Assembly (NCBI GenBank): GCA_049999805.1
Contig: JBNGIO010006279.1
Span: forward strand, 342,485-375,611
Length of the DNA stretch: 33,127 nucleotides
Reading direction: 5' to 3'
DNA from: Folioceros fuciformis
Taxonomy: Eukaryota
In this document: piece by piece, positions 21,839 to 33,127 of the stretch
Numbering within the stretch: the stretch's first letter is position 1
Layout: the number at the start of each line of letters is the position of its first letter
Translations under genes and position numbers: made by a program
The notes under the pieces: generated by a model
Told to the model about the DNA's origin: nothing
Seen by the model: only the letters and a program-made list of their open reading frames with translations
Databases searched by the model: none

Positions 21839-21978
21839 TCCTCGTCATCAAAACTTACAGATGAGCCACAAGCGATTTGACTTTCATGACTGTATCGAAT
21901 CTGTGATACAATCCATGAAACCTTTCAATGTAACTGGTCCGTAGTCTTCACTCTAGAGCCTGCTTCGTCCTGCAAGCA

Positions 21979-24900
21979 ATGAAAGTCGGGAGCTTTGCAA
22001 GTGAGTCATGCAGAGGTCAAGGGGACCCGTTGTGGGGACAGTTCTCGTGGACCCAGGGAAATTGTAATGCAGGAATTGTGGGAAGAGCCTCTAGGGGACT
22101 GACTTCAAGGAACCAACTGTCGGCACACAACCAATGCGGCGTGTCTAACACCTTATCCAGGAAGCCAGCCCGTCCAAGAGGATGTCTGACTGACGGCAGA
22201 AGCTCCAGTGAGAAGAAATTGAGGCGACAACATTCTCTGGACTCCACGCTTAGCAGGCAAAAGGAGAAGAGCAGTCGTTCTCCTGAGTCCCAGAGGAAGG
22301 AGACACAAGAGGTCTTCCGGTTAAACAATCTACGGAAATCAGCTTGGGTGAATGCACACATTCCTATTCTGGACATTGTGATGGGTCGTCGTGCCTCTGA
22401 CAGCAGCTTACAGGATAATCCTGGCACTTGCAGGCCTGCACGTGACGATAGGGTCGTGACGGCTGAAACCGTGAGCAAGCTATGTGATGCTGGCCTTCTC
22501 GCTGAAGCTGTCCAGGCTTTGGACCTTCTGGTTCAAACAGACCGCGGTATTTCTAAATCTCTCTTTTACACAGTTCTGAGGCAATGTGTGGTGAAGAAGG
22601 ATGTCGTTTTGGGTAGCCGTGTTCATGCTTTCGTGGTGAGAAAAGGGTACCAGGCAGATACTTTCCTGTGCAATCATATCCTACGGATGTATGCTTCTCA
22701 TAACAAGTTGCAAGACGCAATGGAGGTGTTTGATGCTGTTTGTGAACCGGATGCATTCATGTGGTCTTCTATAATTTCTGCGCATGTTAGACATGGAGAA
22801 GACAAGCAGGCCTTAGAGCTGTATCATCGCATGCGTAGGTCCAGGGTGAAGGCAGATGGGCATGTGTTTGTGGCAGCCCTTCAGGCTTGTGCAAGGGGAT
22901 TAGACTTGAAATCTGGGCAGCAGGTGCATGCTGACATCGTGTCCAGTACGGTGCAGCCTCATCTGTTTGTGTGGAACTGCCTGGTAAACATGTATGCAAA
23001 ATGTGGCAGTTTGGAAGAGGCTCAAGGAGTGTTTGACGGACTGTGTGAGAAAGATATTGTGACATGGACTACCCTGATAGCTGGATATTCCCAAAAGGGT
23101 ATGGGGCGGGAAGCCCTTACTCTCTTCAGTTCTATGCAAGAGGAAGGCATGGCTGTACCGAATTCCATCACGTTTGTGTCGCTCCTGCAGGCGTGCGCCA
23201 GTGTGGGCACCCTGGCGTTGGAGAGGGGAAAGCAGCTTCATGCACAACTTCGAGCTGCTGGACACGAAGATGATGTGGCTGTGGCCAACAGCTTGGTCAA
23301 CATGTATGCTAAGTGTGGCAGCTTGGAGGACGCTCATAGAGTCTTTGTTGGACTTGGGCAGAAGGATGTGGTGACGTGGACCACAATGATAGCAGGATAT
23401 TCCCATCAGGGCTTGGGCCAGAAGGCCCTGTGTCTCTACGATGCTATGCAAGAAGAGGGAATATCCGTACCCAATTCTGTAACATTTGTTTGCCTCCTGC
23501 AGGCGTGCGCAAGTGTGGGAAACCTGGCGTTGGAAAACGGGAAGCAGCTTCATGCTCAAATCAGGGAAGGAGGACATGACGCGGATATGTTTGTAGCGAA
23601 CAGTTTGGTGAACATGTATGCTAAGTGTGGGAGCTTGGAAGCTGCTCAGGAGGTGTTTGATGGACTTGGTCAAAAAGATGTGGTCACATGGACTGTTATG
23701 ATAGCAGGCTACTCCCAGCAGGCCATGGGCTCTAAAGCCCTTCATTTTTACACCGCTATGCAAAAAGAAGGCCTGGCTGTACCCAATGCTGTGACATTTT
23801 TATGTCTCCTGCAGGCATGTGCAAGTGTTGGCACCCCAGCTCTGGAGACGGGTAAGCAGCTTCATGCCCAAATCAGAAGAGGAGGATACCTGGCTGATGT
23901 GTTTGTGTGCAACAGCTTGGTGAACATGTATGCAAAATGTGGCAGTCTGGAAGACGCTCAGACACTGTTCAATGGACTTGGTCAAAAGGATGTTGTGACA
24001 TGGACTTCTATGATTGCGGGATATGCCCAGCAGGGTATGGGACTTGAAGCCCTTAGTCTCTACAGTGTTATGCAAGAGGATGGGGTGGCTATACCCGATT
24101 CAGTGACTTTTGTGTGCCTCCTGCAGGCATGTGCAAGTGTTGGCCCCTTGGCATTGGAGAAGGGGCAGCAGCTTCATGACCAGCTCAAAGAAAGAGGCCA
24201 TCACCCTGATGTGGTCGTAGCCAATAGTCTGGTGAACATGTACGCAAAGTGTGGCAGCCTGGAGGATGCTCAGTGTGTGTTCGATGGACTTATTGAAAAA
24301 GACGTCGTGACGTGGACTGTGATGATAGGAGGATATTCCCAGCAGGGCAGGGGGTTGGAAGCCTTAAGTCTCTACAGTGCTATGCAAGAAGATGGCATGG
24401 TTGTACCCGATTCCGTGACATTTGTGTCGCTCTTACAGGCATGTGCATGTGCGGGATCCCCAGCATTGCAAAAGGGGAGGCAGCTTCATTTGGAAATCAA
24501 ACAACGCGGACACCAAGCTAATGGGTTTGTAGTGAACAGTTTGGTGAACATGTATGCAAAGTGTGGCAGCCTGGAGGATGCTAAGAGAGTGTTTGACGGA
24601 ATTGGACAAAAGGATGTGGTGGCATGGACTGCGATGATTGCAGGATATTCCCAGCAGGGCAGGGCCCAGGAAGCCCTTCTTCTCTACAGTGCTATGGAAG
24701 AGGAAGGGGTGGCTATACCAGATTTTGTTACTTTTGTATACCTCCTCCAGGCATGTGCGAGCATGGGCAGCTCAGCACTAGAGAAGGGGAAACAACTCCA
24801 TGAGCAAATAAGGGAACGAGGATTTCAAGCTCATGGTTTTGTAGCCAACAATTTGGTCAACATGTATGCAAGGTGTGGCAGTTTTGAAGATGCACAGAGA

Positions 24901-26340
24901 GTCTTTAAATGCATGGCCGTACCGGACTCCGTGACATTCGTGTGCCTCCTGCAGGCATGTGCAAGCGTGGGCACCGCCGCCTTGGAGACGGGGAAGCAGC
25001 TTGATGTGCAAATCAGAGACAGAGGAATTCAAGGTGATGTGTTGGTGACTAACAGTTTGGTGAACATGTACGCAAAGTGTGGCAGTTTGGATCATGCTCA
25101 GAGAGTGTTTGATGGACTTGACAAAAAAGATGTAGTGACTTGGACTGCCTTGATAGCAGGGTATTCCCATCAGGGCATGGGGCGAAAATCCCTTCTTCTC
25201 CACAGTGCTATGCTAGAGGAAGGCATGACTGTTCCCGATTCTGTGACATTTGTTTGCCTCCTGCAGGCATGTGCAAGTGTTGGCAGCCTGGCGTTGGAGA
25301 AGGGAAAGCAGCTTCACGCGCAGATCAAGGGATGGGGGTATCAATCTGATGTGGTTGTAGCTAACTGTTTGGTGAACATGTATGCAAAGTGTGGGAGTCT
25401 GGAAGATGCTAAGAGAGTATTTGATGGGCTGGGCCAAAAGGACGTGGTAACGTGGAATGCCATGATAACAGGATACTCTCAGCAGGGCATGTGGCAAGAG
25501 GCCCTTTGTCTTTACAGCGCCATGCAAGCAGGGTGCGTGGCTGTGCCCGACTCCGTGACATTTGTGTCCCTTCTACAGGCATGCGCAGATGTGGCAGCTT
25601 TGAATGTGGGAAGGCAGATACATGCCCAGATTGTAGAGCAAGAGCTTCAATTGGACTTGTTCGTAGCTGGCAGTCTGATTCACATGTATGGAAAGGCTGG
25701 GAGCATGGTTGATGCACAGCAGGTGTTTGATTCGTTGCCTGAACGAGATGTCGTCGTCTGGAATGCACTGATCGCAGGCTACGCCTGTGAAGGAGCTACC
25801 GAAGTGGTGTTGGCCTTGGTCAAGAGTATGAGGGAGGATGGCATATGCCCAAACGGTGTCACATTCCTTAGTGCTTTAACAGTGTGCAGTCATGCAGGCT
25901 TAGTGGACGAAGGGTGGCAGTACTTCGAGACTATGAGCAGACAATTTGGCATCAGTCCCACAGAGAACCACTACACATGCATGGTGGATCTCCTGGGTCG
26001 TGCAGGACAACTGCATGAGGCCCTACACTTCATAAAGACAATGCCTATACTCCCCAATACTGCGGTATGGCACACTCTGTTAGGTGCTTGTAGAAAGTGG
26101 AACAACGTGGAGGTGGGACTCCAGGCTTTCAGGGGAGCAGTGAAGCTAGACAGGAAAAATGTCGCAGCACATGTGTTAATGTCAAACATTTACATGGGTG
26201 CCCAAATGTGGGAGCAAGCAGAGCAGATGCAGGCCAGGAGGAAACGGATCAGAGCATGGAAGACGCCAGGTCAGAGCTGGTGGACAGACGAGGACGGACT
26301 AGCGCACAGCTTTCTGGTTGGTGATGACAAGCATTCCTAG
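21979..26340 (+). CDS. PLS-class PPR protein (about 34 motifs) with E1-E2-E+ (WW-type PG box), 1453 aa, intronless; paralog of 18065-21838
   Basis: Same architecture with two extra triplets; ends KTPGQSWWTDEDGLAHSFLVGDDKHS. Confidence 0.95.
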   Translation: MKVGSFASESCRGQGDPLWGQFSWTQGNCNAGIVGRASRGLTSRNQLSAHNQCGVSNTLSRKPARPRGCLTDGRSSSEKKLRRQHSLDSTLSRQKEKSSRSPESQRKETQEVFRLNNLRKSAWVNAHIPILDIVMGRRASDSSLQDNPGTCRPARDDRVVTAETVSKLCDAGLLAEAVQALDLLVQTDRGISKSLFYTVLRQCVVKKDVVLGSRVHAFVVRKGYQADTFLCNHILRMYASHNKLQDAMEVFDAVCEPDAFMWSSIISAHVRHGEDKQALELYHRMRRSRVKADGHVFVAALQACARGLDLKSGQQVHADIVSSTVQPHLFVWNCLVNMYAKCGSLEEAQGVFDGLCEKDIVTWTTLIAGYSQKGMGREALTLFSSMQEEGMAVPNSITFVSLLQACASVGTLALERGKQLHAQLRAAGHEDDVAVANSLVNMYAKCGSLEDAHRVFVGLGQKDVVTWTTMIAGYSHQGLGQKALCLYDAMQEEGISVPNSVTFVCLLQACASVGNLALENGKQLHAQIREGGHDADMFVANSLVNMYAKCGSLEAAQEVFDGLGQKDVVTWTVMIAGYSQQAMGSKALHFYTAMQKEGLAVPNAVTFLCLLQACASVGTPALETGKQLHAQIRRGGYLADVFVCNSLVNMYAKCGSLEDAQTLFNGLGQKDVVTWTSMIAGYAQQGMGLEALSLYSVMQEDGVAIPDSVTFVCLLQACASVGPLALEKGQQLHDQLKERGHHPDVVVANSLVNMYAKCGSLEDAQCVFDGLIEKDVVTWTVMIGGYSQQGRGLEALSLYSAMQEDGMVVPDSVTFVSLLQACACAGSPALQKGRQLHLEIKQRGHQANGFVVNSLVNMYAKCGSLEDAKRVFDGIGQKDVVAWTAMIAGYSQQGRAQEALLLYSAMEEEGVAIPDFVTFVYLLQACASMGSSALEKGKQLHEQIRERGFQAHGFVANNLVNMYARCGSFEDAQRVFKCMAVPDSVTFVCLLQACASVGTAALETGKQLDVQIRDRGIQGDVLVTNSLVNMYAKCGSLDHAQRVFDGLDKKDVVTWTALIAGYSHQGMGRKSLLLHSAMLEEGMTVPDSVTFVCLLQACASVGSLALEKGKQLHAQIKGWGYQSDVVVANCLVNMYAKCGSLEDAKRVFDGLGQKDVVTWNAMITGYSQQGMWQEALCLYSAMQAGCVAVPDSVTFVSLLQACADVAALNVGRQIHAQIVEQELQLDLFVAGSLIHMYGKAGSMVDAQQVFDSLPERDVVVWNALIAGYACEGATEVVLALVKSMREDGICPNGVTFLSALTVCSHAGLVDEGWQYFETMSRQFGISPTENHYTCMVDLLGRAGQLHEALHFIKTMPILPNTAVWHTLLGACRKWNNVEVGLQAFRGAVKLDRKNVAAHVLMSNIYMGAQMWEQAEQMQARRKRIRAWKTPGQSWWTDEDGLAHSFLVGDDKHS

Positions 26341-27482
26341 GTCACCATGCTGAACCTGACAAATGAACGCGGATTTGTGCCACATTTCCACCGAACCTCG
26401 GGAGACACAGGACATGAAACTGGCTCACTCCCGTCCTCATTAAGGGAGATCCCCAGAATTAGCACACGTCTCATCTCATGAGCGGGAAGCAAAGCAAGTC
26501 CATCGGTCGTCGGCCAAGTTTGTCATTCTAGCCCCAACTTTCCTGACGACCCATGACACATACATACCAATTCAGCTGAGGATGAGGTGGCATGGAGCCG
26601 GTTGTTGGGTATATACTCTCAGCAAGGGCTTGGTCGAGAGGACTCTTGTTTGATATGGGAGAGTGCAGGCAGCTGCACCCACATACTCTGGGAAGGACTG
26701 CCACCTATCACACTGGTTGGCACCTGGCTGGCTGGCGGACACGGATCAAAATGAGGTGGGCTGGGAGCAGCAACGCCGAGGCTTTGACAGGTTGGCCACA
26801 AGAAATGTTTGAAGCTGGAGCTGCAGCGATTGAGCAGCTCTGAAGAGTCCCTAGCAGGGGAAGCCGACCGCTTTTGCTGCAGGGCCCTCAGCTAGATCCA
26901 ACAACGCCCACGACTTTGTAGTCTTCAATCAGGGTTCCTGAACACGTAGTACAGACGGGTTACTTCTCAGCTCTGGACGTCGCTGCGAAGCAGAGTCGTG
27001 AGCAAAATAGAGAAAGAGGACATGTAGAGGATGTGTAGCAGTAGCTGCTCATCCAGCTTCGGCACGGGAGCACAAAAGCAGTGCTTGATGTATATAGCCC
27101 GGCCCTCAAGTTCATCAGGCCACCAGATGTAGGTCTACGTGCTCTTAGGGTCCGTGTGGTGAACGTCTTCTACGTCCTCCAGCCCTTCGTGTTCCTTTCA
27201 TCTATATACAAAATCAATAAGTAATAATTGTATTAAGCAATAATTATACTAAATAGCTGTTTACTTTCATTCACAGGTCGCAGTCAACCCCAAAATGTAT
27301 CAGAGGCAGATGCGGTTGGCCTCATAGCGAGACAGTTGGTTGTTCTTGAGCAGTTTTTGAGCTTGCCGAAATTGTGTACAGTCTCTCCTAACTCGGAGAA
27401 CGGATCCGCTTCGTCAGAAAACAGTAATTGGGAAACGAACTACGTGTGCAGCCCTTCTAAATACTGGGTCATACCAGCGCGG

Positions 27483-29306
<1,824 letters not shown>

Positions 29307-29406
29307 NNNNNNNNNNNNNNNNNNNNNNNNNNNNNNNNNNNNNNNNNNNNNNNNNNNNNNNNNNNNNNNNNNNNNNNNNNNNNNNNNNNNNNNNNNNNNN
29401 NNNNNN
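29307..29406. other. Assembly gap (100 N), interrupting RPT2
   Basis: Run of exactly 100 N. Confidence 0.99.
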
Positions 29407-29501
29407 CGTCCAAGTGCTAATTTCTCGGTTTCTTCATTATAATACCCTTGCTGGGCCGACCGTCATTTCCGACCCTTTGGACATGACCACCATTTACCAA
29501 C

Positions 29502-29570
29502 CTACCTACATACATACATCCATCCATATATACATACATACATATATACATACATATATATATATATACA
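29502..29570. repeat. Compound (TACA)n/(TA)n microsatellite
   Basis: Seen directly. Confidence 0.9.
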
Positions 29571-29929
29571 AGATATAAACCTACTGGACATACCAATATC
29601 TTTCATGTCTAGCCATTAAATCTCCATGTAGAACAATTACCTTCCTATTCTCTCTCGATAAAAATCAGAATTATATTTTTCTTTCTTCCAAACAATCAAG
29701 GTGAAATAAGTTGCACTTATTTATTTCAGAAGAACAAGATGGGAAAACTCATCTACCTCCAAAGAGGGAGATAAACCATGAAAGAAACATTAAGGCTAAC
29801 CCCTAAAGCCTAATGACTACCAATAACACCTTAAACATCATGGTGTAAGGAGAAGAAAGGATAAACCTATTCCTAGGGGTACGAGGAGGCTTCGGGCCAC
29901 CTTTAGGGAAAAGCATTATGGGCAAGAGC

Positions 29930-30500
29930 TGCAGGCCTTCATGCTAGATTCCTCCATTGACAAGTAGGGCCGGGCTTGCCTTCGATCTTGTTCAGAGAAG
30001 GACGTTGGCTTTTGGCTATTGGCCCATCCATGCATCTACGCTTCCCGAATTGCACCAGCTTCTTTCTCTACCGTGATGAGGTTCCGCCTTGGCTTGGTCC
30101 AGCCGTTGGCCTAGTCTCTCTCTTCTTATAGCTGTAGGGTCCCCCTCGACAACCCTGGGAGCCACCTGGCGCGTTGCCCTATCAGCGGGCATCGCATTGC
30201 CACCCATAATGCAGTAAGGGACGTTATGTTTTCTTTGGCCAAGGAGGGTGGCTTCTTCCTCTACAAGAAGCTGCTATATCCTTGCTAAACGGTGTCTCCC
30301 TCATTGCAGACCTTTTCCTAACTAAGGGGGACCAGGTTTCTATAGCGGATGTGGTGGTCACAGACCCCACTCGAACAAACCATCAGCGAGCACGTCGTTA
30401 TCAACCCCTCGGTTTGGGTAGCAAAAGGAAGCGCAACAAGGAAAACTTGCAAGTACAGGCCCATGCAGAAGGGTCACTTATTCATCCCCCTTGCTTGTAA
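29930..30500 (+). mobile_element. Decayed 3' fragment of an RLE-type (CRE/R2-like) non-LTR retrotransposon
   Basis: Translation gives TVMRFRLGL, a zinc-knuckle-like SCRVPLDNPGSHLARCPISGHRIATHNAVRD, endonuclease-like ADLFL...IADVVVTDPT, and K..KY....HLFIPLAC, with frameshifts. Confidence 0.7.
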
Positions 30501-31127
30501 GAAGTCTTGTGAGGAAAGGGGCATTGGGTGTAGGTAGTTAGAAATTAGTAGGGAGGAAGCATTGGGGCCCTTCCAAGTGAAGGAGTGGTATCTTCCTATT
30601 GACTAAACGTGGTGTAGGTATGCATTAGGGAAGGTTGAATGTCGTACGTGAATGATAAATGTAGTTGGAGGGAGCTAACCAGGCTCAAAGGGGAGCAATT
30701 CCAAGGAAGCCTACAATGACCGTGGGATTGATGTGGCTACGATCCATGTGAGTGGGTGTTTGGTAGGGTTGCCAGACTTGCTCGCCCATAGTCATTCACT
30801 TTTTTTTACTCGAGAACTTCCCAGTGGAAGGTTAGTGAAACAAAGGGCACTCAGAATGCATATCGTGGAAGGGAAGACTGTACCAATGGACCTCAAAGAA
30901 CTCAGTCAAATGCAAAGACAAGCAAAGAAGAGGACGAAGGGAAGGGGAAAGGAAGTTGATCATGCACCCCCTGAAGATTTAACAAAAACAGCACCATGAC
31001 ACTCCAATGATGATACATGGGAGGAGGAGCAACTTGAAACATTCTCCAGTGACAAAGCAGCAAGAATCTCTACCGCATGAAGAGTAGATAGTGTCGTATG
31101 ATACAATAGCAAATGAGAAAGCGTTGT

Positions 31128-31252
31128 GGCATGCACTTCTACTCGCCACAAAGGTTTGTGAACATTGAAAACTTCTACGCACCACAAAGGTTTGTGAACA
31201 TTGATATAGGCATGCACTTCTACGCGCCACAAAGGTTTGTAAATATTGAAAT
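31128..31252. repeat. Imperfect tandem repeat, about 35-45-bp unit, 3 copies
   Basis: ACTTCTAC.C.CCACAAAGGTTTGT.AA.ATTGA occurs three times. Confidence 0.9.
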
Positions 31253-31481
31253 ATGTGATTTTGTTTTACAAGAATGCCATCAGCAAGACGTGTTGGGAAT
31301 CAACTCTTCCAAAACATCTAATTTGAAACCCACTATGTATTATGTGTCGACCATGCCCAACTTAGTAACGGCAAAACTGTGCGATATAGGAGGGTGAGAA
31401 GCGGGGTAACATGCACACCAAAAAGGGAAAGAAGGGTCAACAGACAAACCCAAATCATTTTAGACGGCATTACATATGGTT

Positions 31482-31741
31482 TCCTAAGAGGGCCTAGTTT
31501 TGCACGTGTGATCTCTTAAGAGGACCTAATTTTGCACATGTGGTATCCTAAGAGGACCTAGTTGTGCACATCTGGTATCCTAAGAGGGCTATTTTTAGGG
31601 AGGACCTAGTTTTGCACATCTAGGATTCTAGAGGGCTAGTTTTTGGGGGGCTAGTTTTGCACATCTGGTATCCTAAGAGGGCTAGTTTTAGGGAGGACCT
31701 AGTTTTGACAATCTAGGATTCTAAGAGGGCTAGTTTTTGGG
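31482..31741. repeat. Degenerate minisatellite (CCTAAGAGG/CTAGTTTT/GCACATCTGG modules)
   Basis: The modules recur many times over 260 bp. Confidence 0.85.
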
Positions 31742-32004
31742 AGCATTAGAATGCACGTAGAAGGAAGGTATGAGGGTGAGGAGGTAGGGTTGTCAATTTA
31801 GGCATCCTTTAAGGAATAGGATGAATAGGAAGTTGGTTAGGTGAAACAAACCCTCAAGGTCAAAGGGGAGGTAGGGTTCTCAAACTAGCCATCTTTTAAA
31901 CAATAGAGGTAGAGTAGGAAGTTGGAAGTTAGTTAGCCGAATCAAAGGTAGAATAGGAATTTAGAAGTTGGTTAAGTAGAAGTACAAACCCTCAAGTTCA
32001 ACAA

Positions 32005-32800
32005 TGTTGAAGGTCTCCAATCTGATTTCCTCGCCACAACTGTTTTTCGAAATGCATCCATCCACCTCACAAGATCTTCTGTGGTTGCTTCCTTGGTAAG
32101 TACCCAAGCCACCGGTATACCATTAAAATGGTCATCAAAAGCAACCACTGCAAACATTTGATACCTATATTTGTTGACCCTGAAGGTTGAGTCCATAGCC
32201 AAGCAGTTATTATGTTCGTGCTTCACACAAGCATCCAACATGAACAGTGTTTGGAAGCCAAGACAAAACCAAGCTTGATGATTGTGGAGCACAAATTACC
32301 AGTGATTGTGAATTACGTAAGTTTGAAGGTCCATAAGCACACCATAACCTGTATAAGAACAGACATTGTGAGACACAAGGCATCAGCTGAAGTGTCTCAC
32401 CAAGATTGAGTGGCTCAGACCTTGTGAGTTTGCAAGCTGTATCGTGTTTGGGAAATAGAGGTCCCCGAACAACAATTGCGTTCTTCCTACTGCTCACCAC
32501 AGAATAGCTTGTGGGAGCTTGAGACAACTCTCCCATCCCTGTAATGAAATCTGGTACACGCATCCACGGGATGAAAGCTTTCCGCATTTCCTTCTACACA
32601 CTTGGCGCAGGACTGTGTTTGTATTTGCTGCATTTCCAGTCGAGAGCAATAACATCAAACAAACCAAGCGGCACACTCTACACCACAAACGGGCAATTTG
32701 CGGGCATTTTCGCAGACATTAGACCCCACTTTCAGCAGTTGCCTTCAAGCAGCGAGGCAACTTCAATTTTTGGCATAAACGAGTTCAAGCCGTCCAGAAC
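32005..32800 (-). mobile_element. Second MULE transposase remnant, truncated within the DDE core
   Basis: FCLGFQT...CLAMDSTFRVNKY...VAFDDHFNGIPVAWVLT...WRPS aligns with the 5064-5534 transposase. The upstream limit is approximate. Confidence 0.8.
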
Positions 32801-33034
32801 CGGGTTCAGGGTCGATTGAAGTGCCTCACAGAAAGGATTCGATTTCACTCAAAACTGAAACCCAGTTTCGTGAGAGAGAAGTCAGTACACGAATGGCCGT
32901 ATGTATTCAGGAGAGAACTCCATAGGTATAAGAGAGAGGAGAGATTGAGAGCGGGAGGGGCATGGCTCACCATGCCATGTAGGTGGTGGGCCCCACGGCT
33001 AGCCAGGCTATCTTTAGCCGTTATACAGTCCACC

Positions 33035-33122
33035 CTCCCTAAATGTTACATGTTGGGAGTAGGGCATTGGGTAACATTCTCCCTAAATGTTACCTGTTGG
33101 GAGCAGGGCATTGGGTAACATT
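33035..33122. repeat. 44-bp tandem repeat, 2 copies, each with internal inverted arms AATGTTAC/GTAACATT
   Basis: CTCCCTAAATGTTAC begins at 33035 and 33079. Confidence 0.85.
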
Positions 33123-33127
33123 TAAGG

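Noticed and set aside
18261-26324. Many 60-290 aa ORFs overlapping the PPR genes
   Set aside because: Alternative-frame or antisense by-products of the repeated PPR coding sequence.

Overview
Gene-dense eukaryotic nuclear DNA from a non-seed land plant. A hornwort is the best guess, inferred from short GT-AG introns and intronless PLS-PPR genes with a 'WW'-type PG box. In order, the window holds: (1) the 3' end of an ergothioneine sulfoxide synthase (Egt1/EgtB)-like gene; (2) a 5-exon KANSL3/TEX30-like alpha/beta hydrolase; (3) a 4.6-kb Mutator-like element with TIRs, a perfect 9-bp TSD and a decayed transposase; (4) an F-box gene; (5) a 6-exon LTI65/RD29-like stress gene with DRE and ABRE motifs upstream; (6) a PPR pseudogene and two long head-to-head PLS-E+ PPR genes; (7) the 26S proteasome ATPase RPT2, whose 5' end is lost in a 100-N gap; (8) a transposon-rich tail with an RLE-type non-LTR retroelement remnant, minisatellites and a second MULE fragment. 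The most striking observation is an OSB/PTAC9-type 'PDF' ssDNA-binding motif fused N-terminally to the editing-type PPR arrays. It is intact in one gene, recognisable in the pseudogene and eroded in the other gene. All calls come from motif recognition by eye; no database searches were run.
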